A DNA stretch of 64,000 bases from the NCBI GenBank assembly GCA_026417895.1, contig JAOACJ010000014.1, positions 63-64,062 of the forward strand, written 5' to 3'. Below the pieces are notes generated by a model. The model had not been told where the DNA came from. It worked only from the letters and a program-made list of their open reading frames with translations, and did not search any database. Numbering within the stretch: the stretch's first letter is position 1; every line of letters starts with the position of its first letter. This document shows positions 30,616-41,057 of the stretch, piece by piece. The DNA comes from Patescibacteria group bacterium. GTDB taxonomy: Bacteria; Patescibacteriota; Patescibacteriia; UBA2591; CALHIP01. Both the position numbers and the translations under genes were made by a program.

Positions 30616-32361
30616 ATGTTTGTTAAAAAAACTCGACAGAGATCGAAAACGAGTTTTTTCCGTTTTTATTTTTTAGCTATTATTTTTTTTATTTTTGGCA
30701 GCTTGATTATTTTAAGATTGATTCAACTTCAAATTTTAGATTATCGGTATTATCAAAACAAAGCCCTAGAAATTAGAACTTTTGAGAAGGAGGTTCAACC
30801 AAAGAGGGGAGAAATTTTTATCGAAGAAGAGGGAGGGAAGAGACCTGTGGCGATTAATATTGACTCTTATAATCTTTATGCTGTGCCGAAAGAAATCGAT
30901 GAGCCAATAAAAACGGCTGAAAAAATTGCCCCTTTGATTGGTATTTCATTATCAAATAAAAATGATGAATTAACTAATTTAATTAAAAAACTTTCTAAAG
31001 AAAACGACTGGTATGAAATTTTAAAAAAAGATATTAGTCAAGAAGAGGTAGATGCTATTAACAAACTCTCTCTCAAAGGGATAAAAATTGAGACGGTAAC
31101 TAAAAGGTTTTATCCCGAGAAAAAATATTTTGCTCATCTTCTTGGTTTTGTCGGCTTTAGCGGCGATCAACAGGTTGGTCGCTACGGTTTAGAAAATTAT
31201 TACGAAAATATTCTTTCTGGAAAAGAGGGGTTATTAAAAGGAGAAAAAACGCAAGGTGGCGTTCTTATTGCTACTGCTCAAACAACAACCATCAAACCGA
31301 AGGATGGAGCAGACCTTATTTTAACGATTGATCGAAATATTCAAATTAAAACTTGTCAAATTTTAGAAGAGGCGATTAAAAAATATCAGGCTGAAAAAGG
31401 AAATATTATTGTTTTGGAACCAAAAAGTGGACAAATTTTAGCTCTTTGTAATTGGCCATCTTTTGACCCTAATCAATACAACGAAGTCAAAGATAGTCGT
31501 CTTTTTCTTAACGAAGCCGTCTCTTCGCAATATGAGCCTGGCTCTATTTTTAAAACTATCACCTTTGCCGCCGCTTTGGAAGAAGGAAAAATCACACCTG
31601 AGACTACCTATGAAGATAAAGGTTTAGTAAAAATCGGCGGTTATACAATTAAAAACGCTGGTAAAAAGGTCTATGGTTTTAGGACAATGAAAGAAGTTTT
31701 AGAAAAGTCAATTAATACTGGCGCCATTTTCGCTGCTCAAAAATTAGGTTTAGAAAAATTTCGCCAGTATGTCGAAAAATTTGGTTTCGGTTCTCTAACT
31801 GGCGTAGATTTGCCAACTGAAGCAAAAGGCAATATTAAGAATTTATCAGAAAAAAAAGAAATCTATTTAGCTACTGCCTCATTTGGTCAGGGTTTATCTG
31901 TGACACCACTACAAATGGTCACTGCTTTTGCTGCTCTAGCCAATCATGGTAAATTAATGAAGCCTTATTTAGTCAAAAAAATAATTTCTGACGGTTTTGT
32001 GACTGAAATTAAACCGGAAGAAAGAGCTCAAGTGATTTCTCCAACGAGCGCAGAAATTTTGAAAGAAATGCTTATTTCGGTGGTAAAAAATGGTTGGGGG
32101 AAAAGAGCGGCTGTTAAAGGTTATCTAGTGGCTGGTAAAACTGGAACAGCCCAGGTTGCTTATTTGAAAGGTTATTCCGAAAAGACAATCCACTCTTTTG
32201 CTGGCTTTGCTCCGGCCAATGATCCAAGGTTTGTCGCTTTAGTCAAATTAGATAATCCGAAGTTAGAAAGATTTAGTGATCGAACGGCTGCTCCAGTTTT
32301 TGGTCAACTAGCCGACTTTTTGCTTAAATATTTTGCCATTCCACCAACAGAAATAGAATGA
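30616..32361 (+). CDS. ftsI: division transpeptidase PBP3
   Basis: EPGSIFK, SIN, GKTGTAQ; dcw synteny. Confidence 0.9.
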   Translation: MFVKKTRQRSKTSFFRFYFLAIIFFIFGSLIILRLIQLQILDYRYYQNKALEIRTFEKEVQPKRGEIFIEEEGGKRPVAINIDSYNLYAVPKEIDEPIKTAEKIAPLIGISLSNKNDELTNLIKKLSKENDWYEILKKDISQEEVDAINKLSLKGIKIETVTKRFYPEKKYFAHLLGFVGFSGDQQVGRYGLENYYENILSGKEGLLKGEKTQGGVLIATAQTTTIKPKDGADLILTIDRNIQIKTCQILEEAIKKYQAEKGNIIVLEPKSGQILALCNWPSFDPNQYNEVKDSRLFLNEAVSSQYEPGSIFKTITFAAALEEGKITPETTYEDKGLVKIGGYTIKNAGKKVYGFRTMKEVLEKSINTGAIFAAQKLGLEKFRQYVEKFGFGSLTGVDLPTEAKGNIKNLSEKKEIYLATASFGQGLSVTPLQMVTAFAALANHGKLMKPYLVKKIISDGFVTEIKPEERAQVISPTSAEILKEMLISVVKNGWGKRAAVKGYLVAGKTGTAQVAYLKGYSEKTIHSFAGFAPANDPRFVALVKLDNPKLERFSDRTAAPVFGQLADFLLKYFAIPPTEIE

Positions 32362-32389
32362 ATATTATGAAAAATGAATATTATGAAAA
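32358..32389. repeat. 16-bp perfect tandem duplication at ftsI/murF junction
   Basis: (ATGAATATTATGAAAA)2. Confidence 0.8.
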
Positions 32390-33681
32390 AAGTTATTGAA
32401 AGAATATTAGGATTCTTAGCCAAAGCCATTATTAGAAAGTATAAACCATTTATTATTGGTCTTACTGGTAGTTTTGGCAAAACTTCGACTAAAGAAGCGA
32501 TAGCTTTAGTCTTAAAAAAGAAATTTTTTCTTCGTGCCTCACCAAAAAATTATAATAATGAAATTGGTCTTCCTTTAACCATTATTAATGCCCTGGCTCC
32601 AGGTAAATCTTTATTTGGCTGGTTGAGAATTTTTCTGAAAGGAATTTTTCAAATTGTTTTTCCAGTCAAATTTCCAAAAGTTTTAGTTCTAGAAATGGCA
32701 GCTGATAAGCCGGGCGATATCAGATATTTGACTAAAATTGCTCCTTGTCAAATCGGTCTTATTACAGCCATTGGCCCTGTCCATCTAGAAAAATTTAAAA
32801 GTTTAGAAAATATCTTTAATGAGAAAAAAATTATCCTGACCCATCTTTCTTCCCATGACTTGGCTATTTTTAATGCCGACGACCAATATCTTTCAAGGTT
32901 AAAAAATCAATTAAAAGCAAAGACTCTAACCTTTGGCTTTTCCAGCCAGGCTGACCTGCGGGCTCTAGAAGCCAAAATTGACCAAGAAATTACAGAAAAG
33001 GGTGAATTGAAAATTTATGGTCTAAAGTTCAAAGTAGCCTATCAAGGTAATGTCGTGCCAATTTGTCTGCCTAAAATTTTAGCTAAACATCAGATTTACT
33101 CTGTCCTGGCCGCACTGAGCGTTGGGTTGGTCAAAGGATTAAATTTGATTGAGATGGCAGAAATTTTAAAAGAATTTGAAGCACCGCCAGGAAGAATGAA
33201 GCTAATCAATGGTTTAAAAGAAAGCTATATCATTGATGATTCATATAATTCGTCACCTCGGGCTGTTTTGGCGGCTTTAGAAACTCTGAATGAGATTTTA
33301 ACTATTCCTGGTCGAAGAAAAATTTTAGTCTTGGGCGAGATGCTAGAACTTGGTTCAATAGCCCAGCAATCCCATTATGAGATTGGTCAAAAGATTGCCG
33401 ATTTTAACTTTGATCTTTTGATCACCGTCGGTCAATTGGCCCAAAAAATTGCCCAAGGAGCAAGAGAAAACGGTTTTCGGGATGAAATGATTTTTGAGTT
33501 TCAAAAATCAGAAGAGGCGGCTCAGTTTCTGAAAGAAAAAATTAATTATGGTGATTTAATTTTAATTAAAGGTTCGCAGGGCGTGAGAATGGAAAAAATT
33601 GTTAAAGAAATTATGGCTGAACCAGAAAGAGCCAAAGAACTTCTAGTACGACAGGATAAAAGATGGAAAGAAATGGTGTAG
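32374..33681 (+). CDS. murF: UDP-MurNAc-tripeptide--D-Ala-D-Ala ligase
   Basis: TGSFGKTSTKE, NNEIGLP, DDSYNSSP, GEMLELG, LIKGSQG. Confidence 0.94.
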   Translation: MNIMKKVIERILGFLAKAIIRKYKPFIIGLTGSFGKTSTKEAIALVLKKKFFLRASPKNYNNEIGLPLTIINALAPGKSLFGWLRIFLKGIFQIVFPVKFPKVLVLEMAADKPGDIRYLTKIAPCQIGLITAIGPVHLEKFKSLENIFNEKKIILTHLSSHDLAIFNADDQYLSRLKNQLKAKTLTFGFSSQADLRALEAKIDQEITEKGELKIYGLKFKVAYQGNVVPICLPKILAKHQIYSVLAALSVGLVKGLNLIEMAEILKEFEAPPGRMKLINGLKESYIIDDSYNSSPRAVLAALETLNEILTIPGRRKILVLGEMLELGSIAQQSHYEIGQKIADFNFDLLITVGQLAQKIAQGARENGFRDEMIFEFQKSEEAAQFLKEKINYGDLILIKGSQGVRMEKIVKEIMAEPERAKELLVRQDKRWKEMV

Positions 33682-33744
33682 AATCTAGAAGACAGGAGAA
33701 AGCAGCTCATTGTCAAAAAGAAAGGATTGATTAAAATAAAAAAT

Positions 33745-33817
33745 GGCCCTGTCATCTAGTGGTTTAGGATACATGGTTCTCAACCATGTCACACGGGTTC
33801 GAATCCCGTCAGGGCTA
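33745..33817 (+). tRNA. tRNA-Glu(CTC)
   Basis: GGCCCTG/CAGGGCT acceptor, CATGG-TTCTCAA-CCATG anticodon arm, GTTCGAATC T-loop; CCA not encoded. Confidence 0.95.
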
Positions 33818-34573
33818 AATTGATTTCTGGTGAAAAATTATTTTTAAAAAGAACATTAAAGAAAGACCAAGTACAATAAAAACAAATTGGATGAATGATT
33901 TCTTGAGAGAAGTTTCTTTTTTTAATTCCGGAATTAAATCTGAACCAGCCAAGTAAAGAAAACCGCCAGCGGCAAAAGGCAGCAGATAATTAACTAAAAA
34001 ACCTAAGGCGTTGCTCAATAATAAAGTGATGACTGCCCCTAAAAAGGCACTTAAGGCAGAGAGAAAATTGAAAAATAAAGCCCGCCATTTAGAAAATCCA
34101 CCATAGATTAAAACACCAAAATCACCAATTTCTTGAGGAATTTCGTGAAAAATTACAGCCAAGGTTGTACTAAGACCCAAAGGAAAACTTATTAAATAAG
34201 CTCCAGCCATAATACTGCCATCAATAAAATTGTGAACGGCATCACCAATAATATTGAGATAGGTAAGAGGGTGTGGATGACTAGCGGTAGTAGGCAGGTG
34301 ACAATGTCGCCAGCCAATAAATTTTTCTAAAATAAAAAAACCCAAAAGACCAATCAAAAGTAAAAAGGCCGTTCTTTTGCCAAAACCAAATTCTTCAACT
34401 GCTTCAGGGATTAAATGGAAAAAGGCACTGCCAAATAAACTACCGACTGAAAAACTGACTAAAAAAAGTAAAATTTTTTTTAATTTCTCCTCACTGATGG
34501 CAAAGGTAAAAACACCAATTAGTGAGACGAGACTGATAATTAAAACGGAGATAAAAACTGTTAACCAAATCAT
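33815..34573 (-). CDS. ZIP-family metal transporter
   Basis: HLIPEA, GDAVHNFIDG, HEIPQEIGDF. Confidence 0.92.
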   Translation of the reverse strand: MIWLTVFISVLIISLVSLIGVFTFAISEEKLKKILLFLVSFSVGSLFGSAFFHLIPEAVEEFGFGKRTAFLLLIGLLGFFILEKFIGWRHCHLPTTASHPHPLTYLNIIGDAVHNFIDGSIMAGAYLISFPLGLSTTLAVIFHEIPQEIGDFGVLIYGGFSKWRALFFNFLSALSAFLGAVITLLLSNALGFLVNYLLPFAAGGFLYLAGSDLIPELKKETSLKKSFIQFVFIVLGLSLMFFLKIIFHQKSI

Positions 34574-34578
34574 ATAAA

Positions 34579-35733
34579 TTAAAACCATTTTAGAAGAAGA
34601 CCGAGGGCTAAAATTAACAAGATTAAACCTGAGGCAAGACGCATATATTTTTTAAACTTGGCTCGCCAAACTTCCATTTGATCAGCCTTTTCAATAGCCA
34701 CTGATACCAAGGCCATCATCAGTAACAGTGGCACGATAAAGAAAAAATTATACCAAAAGAGATATGGAAAAATATATTTTGTTCTTTCCGCTAAGATTGT
34801 CACATAGACCAGCGGAATACCTGAAGAACAGGGTAATTCTACCAGCGAGCTAAAGAAAGCCAAAATAATAGCACTTGGCATTGTCCCTTTTTGAATTAAT
34901 TTTTGAATAACAAAACGAGACTTAGTCGGAATTTCTAAAGAAACAAATTTATTATAAAAAAAGAAATCTTTCAGCATTAATAAAGCCACAATCAGAGCCA
35001 AGAAACCAATAATCATTTTAACAGTTGAAATTAAACCAATAAAATGGAATAAGTTAAAGATACCATACATAAAAAGGAAATAAACTATAAAGACCGTCAG
35101 GACAAAAACCAAACCAAGACCTATCGCCCTTTTTTTTGAGCCAATGGCTAAGAGATAGGTTAATAAAAATAAAAAGACCATCAACAGACAAGGGTTGATA
35201 CCGTCAATCAAGCCGAGAATCATACCTAAAAAAAGTGTTGATTTTTTTAAACTAAAAGTAATTTCTTTGCCCAAAAAATTAATTTTTGTTTGATCGCTTT
35301 TAACTGGAACAATCTCTTTTGGTTTAGGCATTTGTAACAATGTCTGCTCAATTTGATGAACCGGACAGGTATAATTTGGGTCCTTGAGACACTCTTGAAT
35401 AGTCTTTTCTAAATTGTTTCGAATGGCGGTTGAACCAATAAAATATTGATGACCGACAAAGAGAACCGGGACAACGGCCATTTTAATTTTGTATAATTCC
35501 CTCAATTTATCATAAAGTTTGACACTCAATTCTTCTGTTAAAGAATGTTCCTCAAAGATGATATTATATTTTTCTGCCATGGCTTTAACAAAAGGTTTAA
35601 TCTCTTGACAATGAGGACAGCTGGGCAAGGTAAAGAGATGAATAAAAATTGGTTCATTAGCTTGACTATAAAAAGGAAGAAAAAAGGAAAACAGAAAAGA
35701 GGAAAGAGAAATAACAAAAAGTATTTTCTTCAT
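34579..35733 (-). CDS. thioredoxin-like domain plus DsbD/CcdA-type membrane domain
   Basis: CPHC; DGINPC and VELPCSSG Cys-containing TM motifs. Confidence 0.8.
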   Translation of the reverse strand: MKKILFVISLSSFLFSFFLPFYSQANEPIFIHLFTLPSCPHCQEIKPFVKAMAEKYNIIFEEHSLTEELSVKLYDKLRELYKIKMAVVPVLFVGHQYFIGSTAIRNNLEKTIQECLKDPNYTCPVHQIEQTLLQMPKPKEIVPVKSDQTKINFLGKEITFSLKKSTLFLGMILGLIDGINPCLLMVFLFLLTYLLAIGSKKRAIGLGLVFVLTVFIVYFLFMYGIFNLFHFIGLISTVKMIIGFLALIVALLMLKDFFFYNKFVSLEIPTKSRFVIQKLIQKGTMPSAIILAFFSSLVELPCSSGIPLVYVTILAERTKYIFPYLFWYNFFFIVPLLLMMALVSVAIEKADQMEVWRAKFKKYMRLASGLILLILALGLLLKWF

Positions 35734-35797
35734 AACCTTCTATTTTAAAGAAAAATAAAAATTTGACAAGAGAAGAATGGTTGATTAAAATATTAAG

Positions 35798-36277
35798 ATG
35801 ACCTTTACTCTTAAAAAATATCCTGATCCAATTCTTAGAAAAAAAGCCGAGGCTATCAAAGAAATCAACGAAGAAATAAAAAAAATTGCTCAGCTCATGA
35901 TCGAAGTAAAAGAAAACAGTCAAGGCCTTGGTTTAGCCGGCCCTCAAATAGGTATTTTAAAGAGAATTATTGCTGTAACGACAGAAAAGGGTCCTCAAAT
36001 TTTTCTTAATCCGGAGATTTTAGCCAAAAGTAAGAGACAAGAAATAATGGAAGAAGGTTGCTTGAGCTTTCCTGGTTTATATTTAAAAATAAAAAGACCG
36101 ATTGAAGTTGAAATTAAAGCCCTCAACTTAAATGGTCGAGAATTAAAGTTTAAGGTCCAAGGCTTAACGGCTAGAATTTTCCAGCATGAAATAGATCATT
36201 TAAACGGGGTGCTTTTTATCGACCGATTGCCTTGGTGGCAAAGAGCAAAACTAAAAATAAAAAGACTGCGGGATTAG
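35798..36277 (+). CDS. def: peptide deformylase
   Basis: GLGLAGPQIG, EGCLS, QHEIDHLNG. Confidence 0.96.
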   Translation: MTFTLKKYPDPILRKKAEAIKEINEEIKKIAQLMIEVKENSQGLGLAGPQIGILKRIIAVTTEKGPQIFLNPEILAKSKRQEIMEEGCLSFPGLYLKIKRPIEVEIKALNLNGRELKFKVQGLTARIFQHEIDHLNGVLFIDRLPWWQRAKLKIKRLRD

Positions 36278-36338
36278 TATAGTGGCAGTACGCTTGCTTC
36301 CCAAGCAAGAGGCGCCAGTTCGATTCTGGTATCCCGCT
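36268..36338 (+). tRNA. tRNA-Gly(CCC)
   Basis: GCGGGAT/ATCCCGC acceptor, CTTGC-TTCCCAA-GCAAG anticodon arm, GTTCGATTC T-loop; overlaps def by 10 nt. Confidence 0.93.
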
Positions 36339-36350
36339 TTTTGTTTTCTT

Positions 36351-36839
36351 TTATCGCGTGATGGAAATATTCGTCGCTGGTGCCTCGGCTCCACAGGCCC
36401 CAACCGTTACTCGACCACCTTCTACTTTTACCGCATAATAGCTAGTATTAGCTGTGCCATTAACTGGATCTGACGGTCGGGTGGAAAGGTAGGTGGGGAC
36501 AAGGGCACTGATAAAATCTTGACCGGTACATCCTTTATTGATAGTGCCAAGATCACCTTTACTACAATCAATGTTGCATTCAGCGGCAGAGGTAGCATTG
36601 CCAATGACTTTTGCGTCTGAGGTTAAACCAGATGGCCAGGAACCGTTATTGTCAATATAATACTGAAAAATGGCATTGAGGATAGCCAAGATATCATTTC
36701 TTCGAGCAGCATTTCTTGCTTGAGCTAATTGCCTGGTCGGATTAACAGCGACAATGACAATGCCGGTCAAAATTGAAATAATGCCAATGACAACCAGAAG
36801 TTCGATAAGAGTAAAACCCTTTTTCTTTTTCATACTCAT
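36351..36839 (-). CDS. pilA: type IV major pilin
   Basis: KKG|FTLIELLVVIGII, AVNP..QARNAARRND. Confidence 0.85.
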   Translation of the reverse strand: MSMKKKKGFTLIELLVVIGIISILTGIVIVAVNPTRQLAQARNAARRNDILAILNAIFQYYIDNNGSWPSGLTSDAKVIGNATSAAECNIDCSKGDLGTINKGCTGQDFISALVPTYLSTRPSDPVNGTANTSYYAVKVEGGRVTVGACGAEAPATNISITR

Positions 36840-36844
36840 AATTT

Positions 36845-37921
36845 TTATTTCTTCAATAGATTTATCTCGACTTTTTGAAAATCTTTTTCTAAGGCTCTCA
36901 GAGCCAAACCGATAACATTAGCCGATAAAATTCTTTTTTCTTCTTGAGCCAAAAAATCACCCTTGATATTTGTTAATGGTTCGCCCCTCGTTGTCTCCAA
37001 ACCAAGTTTTTTTTGAAAATAAGCACTAATGCCTGGCAGTAAACTTGAACCACCAGCCAGAATAATTTTTTTAACTTGATGGTAGGTCGTCTGCTGGTAA
37101 AAGATTAAAATCCTTCTTGCTTCATCAATAATTGGTAGCGCTTCCTTTTTCAAAACTTGTTCTACCTTGGGATATTTCTGAGGACGAAAGCCTTCTGCCA
37201 CTTTTATTTTTTCTGCCTCTTCAAAAGATAAACCAAGAGCTTCTGAGACTTTTTTAGTAAAAAGATTACCAGCGACACGAAGATAATGGTTGAAAACTAA
37301 TCCTCTTTCGTCAAAAAGACTAAAAACACTTGTTCTCTGACCAATATCAATAATCAATATACCTTCATCCTTTGGAATCTCTTTGATTAAAGCTCGTCTC
37401 AAAGAAAGCGGTTCTAAATCAAAAACTATTGGTGTTAAATGAGCAATTTTCAAGGTTTCTTGCCAGTCATCAATTAACTCTTTTCGACAACCAGCAAAAA
37501 AGACTTGTTGGATTTTATTTATTTTACCAATAATTTGAAAATCTGTGTAGAGTTGGGATGTGGATAAAGGAAAAACTTGTTCGGCTTCATAGATTAAGGC
37601 TTCGGAAAGCTCTTTCTGAGTTAAATTGGCGGGTAGTTGAAAAAGATAAGTAAAAACCTGAGAGCTGGGTAAAGAAAGCAAACAAAATTTTTCTTTAATT
37701 GGCCTTGGTTTCGCTTGATCGAGAACCTCTCTAATGTTTTTCGCTAACTCATTTTTTTCTTTAATTAAACCATTTTCTACTAACTGAGCTGATGGTAATT
37801 CTTTATGACCATAACTTTCAATTTCTATTTTACTTCCTTTTCTTTTTAAAATTAAAGCTTCAATCGAGGTATCAGAAACATCTAAACCAAAAGCTTGTTT
37901 TTTTTGGAAACCAAATAACAT
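36845..37921 (-). CDS. pilM: type IV pilus assembly protein PilM
   Basis: FGLDVSD, IIDIGQRTS, ILAGGSS, IGLALR. Confidence 0.88.
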   Translation of the reverse strand: MLFGFQKKQAFGLDVSDTSIEALILKRKGSKIEIESYGHKELPSAQLVENGLIKEKNELAKNIREVLDQAKPRPIKEKFCLLSLPSSQVFTYLFQLPANLTQKELSEALIYEAEQVFPLSTSQLYTDFQIIGKINKIQQVFFAGCRKELIDDWQETLKIAHLTPIVFDLEPLSLRRALIKEIPKDEGILIIDIGQRTSVFSLFDERGLVFNHYLRVAGNLFTKKVSEALGLSFEEAEKIKVAEGFRPQKYPKVEQVLKKEALPIIDEARRILIFYQQTTYHQVKKIILAGGSSLLPGISAYFQKKLGLETTRGEPLTNIKGDFLAQEEKRILSANVIGLALRALEKDFQKVEINLLKK

Positions 37922-37955
37922 AAATTAGCAATGGGAATTTGAATATTGTCTTATC

Positions 37956-39161
37956 TTATTGTCCTATTTGCCCAATAAATTGATAAATTGGCAGAATAAT
38001 GGAAACGGCTAAGAGACCAACACCCAGACCAATAATAATCAGTAAAATTGGTTCAAGGACACTGGTTAAATTTTTAATCGTTCGATCAACCTCAGTTTCA
38101 TAGAAATCAGCTAAATAATGAAAAGAATCTTCAAGGTTACCAGTTTTTTCCCCGACATTCAAAATTTTTGCTACTGATAAAGGAAATTCTTGGGGAAAGT
38201 TTTCTAAATTTGAGGCAAGGGTTTCGCCGCGTCGAAGAGCGGGAATAATTTTTTCTAAAGTTTTTTTATAAACTTCGTTACCGATTGTTTCAGCGACAAC
38301 TTCAAGAGATTTCGGTAGAGTCAGTCCACTTTTTAAAAGCGTCTCACTCGTTCGGGCAAATTGAGCCAAATTATTATTTTTTGTCAATCGACCAAAAATG
38401 GGTAGTTTAAGATAAAGAATGTGCAAAATCGATTTTATTCTCCTCAGTTGAGAGAGAAACCGAAAAACAATGACTAAGAGGATTAGACCAATAAGAATAA
38501 AAAGTGTATTTTTAGCGAGAAAGTTCATAATAGAGAGAAAAATTTTAGTAATCAGAGGAATAGAAACATCAAGTTTCGCAAAAAGACTAAGAATTTTTGG
38601 TAAAAGAAACTGAGAAAGTGCCAAAGAAAGAAGAATAGCCACGATCACCACAATCGTTGGGTAGGTGAGACTGGCTTTGACCTTTTTTTTCAATTCATAT
38701 GATTTTTCTAATTGTTCAGCCAGATAGACAAGAGAAGATTCTAAAGTACCACTTGACTCAGCTGTTTTAATGACACCAATAAAAAGAGGAGAGAAGTATT
38801 TTGGATAAAGAGCAAAAGAAGAGGATAAAACTTCTCCTTGCTCAACCCTTTTTTGAATTTCCGCCAGAATAGTTTTTAATTTTAAATTTACAGTTTGTTC
38901 AGAAAGAGTTTTTAAAGATTCGCTCAAAGAGAGGCCACTCTTAATCATCATCTGTAAATTTCTGACTAAATTGATTTTTTCTAATTCTGAAATGCGACCA
39001 AAACTGAAAAGAGGTTGTCTTTTCACCCTCTTTGGTATTAAAGAAATAATAATCAAGTCTTGGACTAAAAGCATTTTGGCGGCTTCATCTTTATTAGCTG
39101 CCTCAATTTCTCCTTTTTTTATTTGTCCGGCTTTAGTGGAAACAGTGTATTGAAAAAGCAT
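37956..39161 (-). CDS. pilC: type IV pilus platform protein (GspF family)
   Basis: Two GspF repeats: AESSGTL..SLTYP and GEKTGNL..LEP. Confidence 0.92.
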   Translation of the reverse strand: MLFQYTVSTKAGQIKKGEIEAANKDEAAKMLLVQDLIIISLIPKRVKRQPLFSFGRISELEKINLVRNLQMMIKSGLSLSESLKTLSEQTVNLKLKTILAEIQKRVEQGEVLSSSFALYPKYFSPLFIGVIKTAESSGTLESSLVYLAEQLEKSYELKKKVKASLTYPTIVVIVAILLSLALSQFLLPKILSLFAKLDVSIPLITKIFLSIMNFLAKNTLFILIGLILLVIVFRFLSQLRRIKSILHILYLKLPIFGRLTKNNNLAQFARTSETLLKSGLTLPKSLEVVAETIGNEVYKKTLEKIIPALRRGETLASNLENFPQEFPLSVAKILNVGEKTGNLEDSFHYLADFYETEVDRTIKNLTSVLEPILLIIIGLGVGLLAVSIILPIYQFIGQIGQ

Positions 39162-39226
39162 ACCAATTTTCTTATCTCTTAAAAATTTTAAGATATCATT
39201 GAAAAAATTTTTACTAGAAAATTGAG

Positions 39227-39306
39227 TACCCGCGTACAGGGCCGTTAGGCGGTTTCGCCTTTAGTCTTTCTCTGTCGGAAGTTTATCGCTGGAATAAGTG
39301 CGGGGT
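39227..39306. mobile_element. second, partial copy of the MITE/REP-like element
   Basis: Reverse complement ACCCCGCACTTATTCCAGCGATAAACTT..AAAGGCGAAACCGCC matches 28681-28745. Confidence 0.65.
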
Positions 39307-39364
39307 AAGGGTTTTCTGGATAAATTTTCTACAACTTTTGTCTTGAAAATTTATATAAAATTCT

Positions 39365-41056
39365 TTATTTAGTTACTCTTAAAACCTCTTCAACTGTTGT
39401 TAAACCCAAAAAGACTTTTTCTAATCCATCTTCAATCATCGTCGTCATTCCTTTTTGACAAGCCAGAGTTCTTATTTCGTCGGTATTTGCCTTTTGCATA
39501 ATTCTTTCTTTAATTTCTTCTTCTGGTTCCAACACTTCAAAGATACCAGTTCGTCCTGCATAACCAGTTTGATGACAAGCTTCACAACCAAGACCATGGT
39601 AAATTCTTATTTTTTCCTTATTTTGAATTGATTTTAAAAAGCGAGTTGGTAAATTACCAACACCGCTGAGTAAACTAAGAAATTCTTTCTGACTAATTTC
39701 TTCACTGACAATACACTTTCGACAGATAAGCCTGACTAGTCTTTGGGCAATGATGACATTGACTGTCGAAGCAATTAAAAACGGCTCAATGCCCATATCC
39801 ATTAGCCTAACTATGGTTGTCGGCGCATCATTGGTGTGCATCGTCGAAAGAACAAGATGGCCGGTCAAGGCGGCATTAACAGCAATGCCAGCTGTTTCTT
39901 GATCTCGAATTTCACCAACCATTAGAATATCGGGGTCTTGTCTAACTAAAGCCCTTAACCCTTGAGCAAAGGTTAAATTTGTTTTTGGATTAACTTGAAT
40001 CTGATTAACGCCCTCAATGTCATATTCAACCGGATCTTCAATAGTGGCAATATTAATATCTCTTTTATTGAGAATTTTTAAAATGGCGTAAAGGGTAGTG
40101 GTTTTACCACAACCAGTTGGTCCGGTAGCTAAAATCATTCCCCACGGCTTTTCAATATTAGCTCGGACAACTTTTTCATCTTTTGCTAAAAAACCAAGAT
40201 CTTCTAAATTAAAACGTCTGATCTTTTCGGAAAGCAATCTTAAAACTGCCTTTTCTCCTTTAGTCACCGGAACAATCGAAACACGGATATCAACTTTTTC
40301 ATTTTCGAATGTTTCTGAAAATCGACCGTCTTGAGCGGCAAAATGCTCATCAGTTCTGAGTTTAGCCAAAAGTTTAATTCGGGAAATAATATAATCATGA
40401 ATATCTTTTGGCAATTCTAAAACATCATGAAGAATTCCGTCAATTCTGAATCGGACAACTGTTTTTTTCTCAAATGGTTCGAAGTGAATATCTGAAACTC
40501 GATTTTGATAAGCGTAATTAATAATTGTGTCTAAAATTTTAATGATCGGCAACTCTTTTTCCTCCTCTTCTGCTTTTTTAGTATATTCTTCAATCAGATT
40601 TTGAAATTCTTGCTTTAATCCCTTTTTGTATCGGACTAGATTTTCTTTTAAATCTTTTTCGGTCGCATAATAAGGGATAACTTTAAAACCAGTCTTTTTT
40701 TCGATTAAAGAAATAATCTCTAAATCTCCCGGATTATTCATTGCTAGCTTAATTTTCATTCCTTTTAGATCTTGACCGAAGGCCATTACCTTTTGTTTTT
40801 TAGCCACCACTTCTGGAATTATATTTAAATCATCTTCTTTAATAATTTCTTTTTTTAAATTGACAAAAGGATAGCCAAGAAATTCTGCTTTGAGTTGTCC
40901 TAACTGTTCATCGCTCATTTTGCCTGAGCTGATAATTAACTCCTCTAAATTTTTGTTTTCTTCTTGAGCTTGTTTCTCTAAATTTTGAAAATCTTCAGGA
41001 CTTAAAAATCCCGGCTCAACTAGAATTTTCTTCAATTGTTCACTTGTTAGTTCCAT
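39365..41056 (-). CDS. pilB: type IV pilus extension ATPase (GspE family)
   Basis: GPTGCGKTTT, TIEDPVEY, RQDPDILMVGEIRD, CxxC motifs. Confidence 0.95.
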   Translation of the reverse strand: MELTSEQLKKILVEPGFLSPEDFQNLEKQAQEENKNLEELIISSGKMSDEQLGQLKAEFLGYPFVNLKKEIIKEDDLNIIPEVVAKKQKVMAFGQDLKGMKIKLAMNNPGDLEIISLIEKKTGFKVIPYYATEKDLKENLVRYKKGLKQEFQNLIEEYTKKAEEEEKELPIIKILDTIINYAYQNRVSDIHFEPFEKKTVVRFRIDGILHDVLELPKDIHDYIISRIKLLAKLRTDEHFAAQDGRFSETFENEKVDIRVSIVPVTKGEKAVLRLLSEKIRRFNLEDLGFLAKDEKVVRANIEKPWGMILATGPTGCGKTTTLYAILKILNKRDINIATIEDPVEYDIEGVNQIQVNPKTNLTFAQGLRALVRQDPDILMVGEIRDQETAGIAVNAALTGHLVLSTMHTNDAPTTIVRLMDMGIEPFLIASTVNVIIAQRLVRLICRKCIVSEEISQKEFLSLLSGVGNLPTRFLKSIQNKEKIRIYHGLGCEACHQTGYAGRTGIFEVLEPEEEIKERIMQKANTDEIRTLACQKGMTTMIEDGLEKVFLGLTTVEEVLRVTK

Positions 41057-41057
41057 A

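Noticed and set aside
32358-32389. 16-bp duplication as an insertion footprint
   Set aside because: Directly tandem with no intervening element; most simply replication slippage that uncoupled an ATGA stop/start overlap.
36282-36473. 63-aa ORF
   Set aside because: It is a translation of tRNA-Gly plus the antisense strand of pilA.
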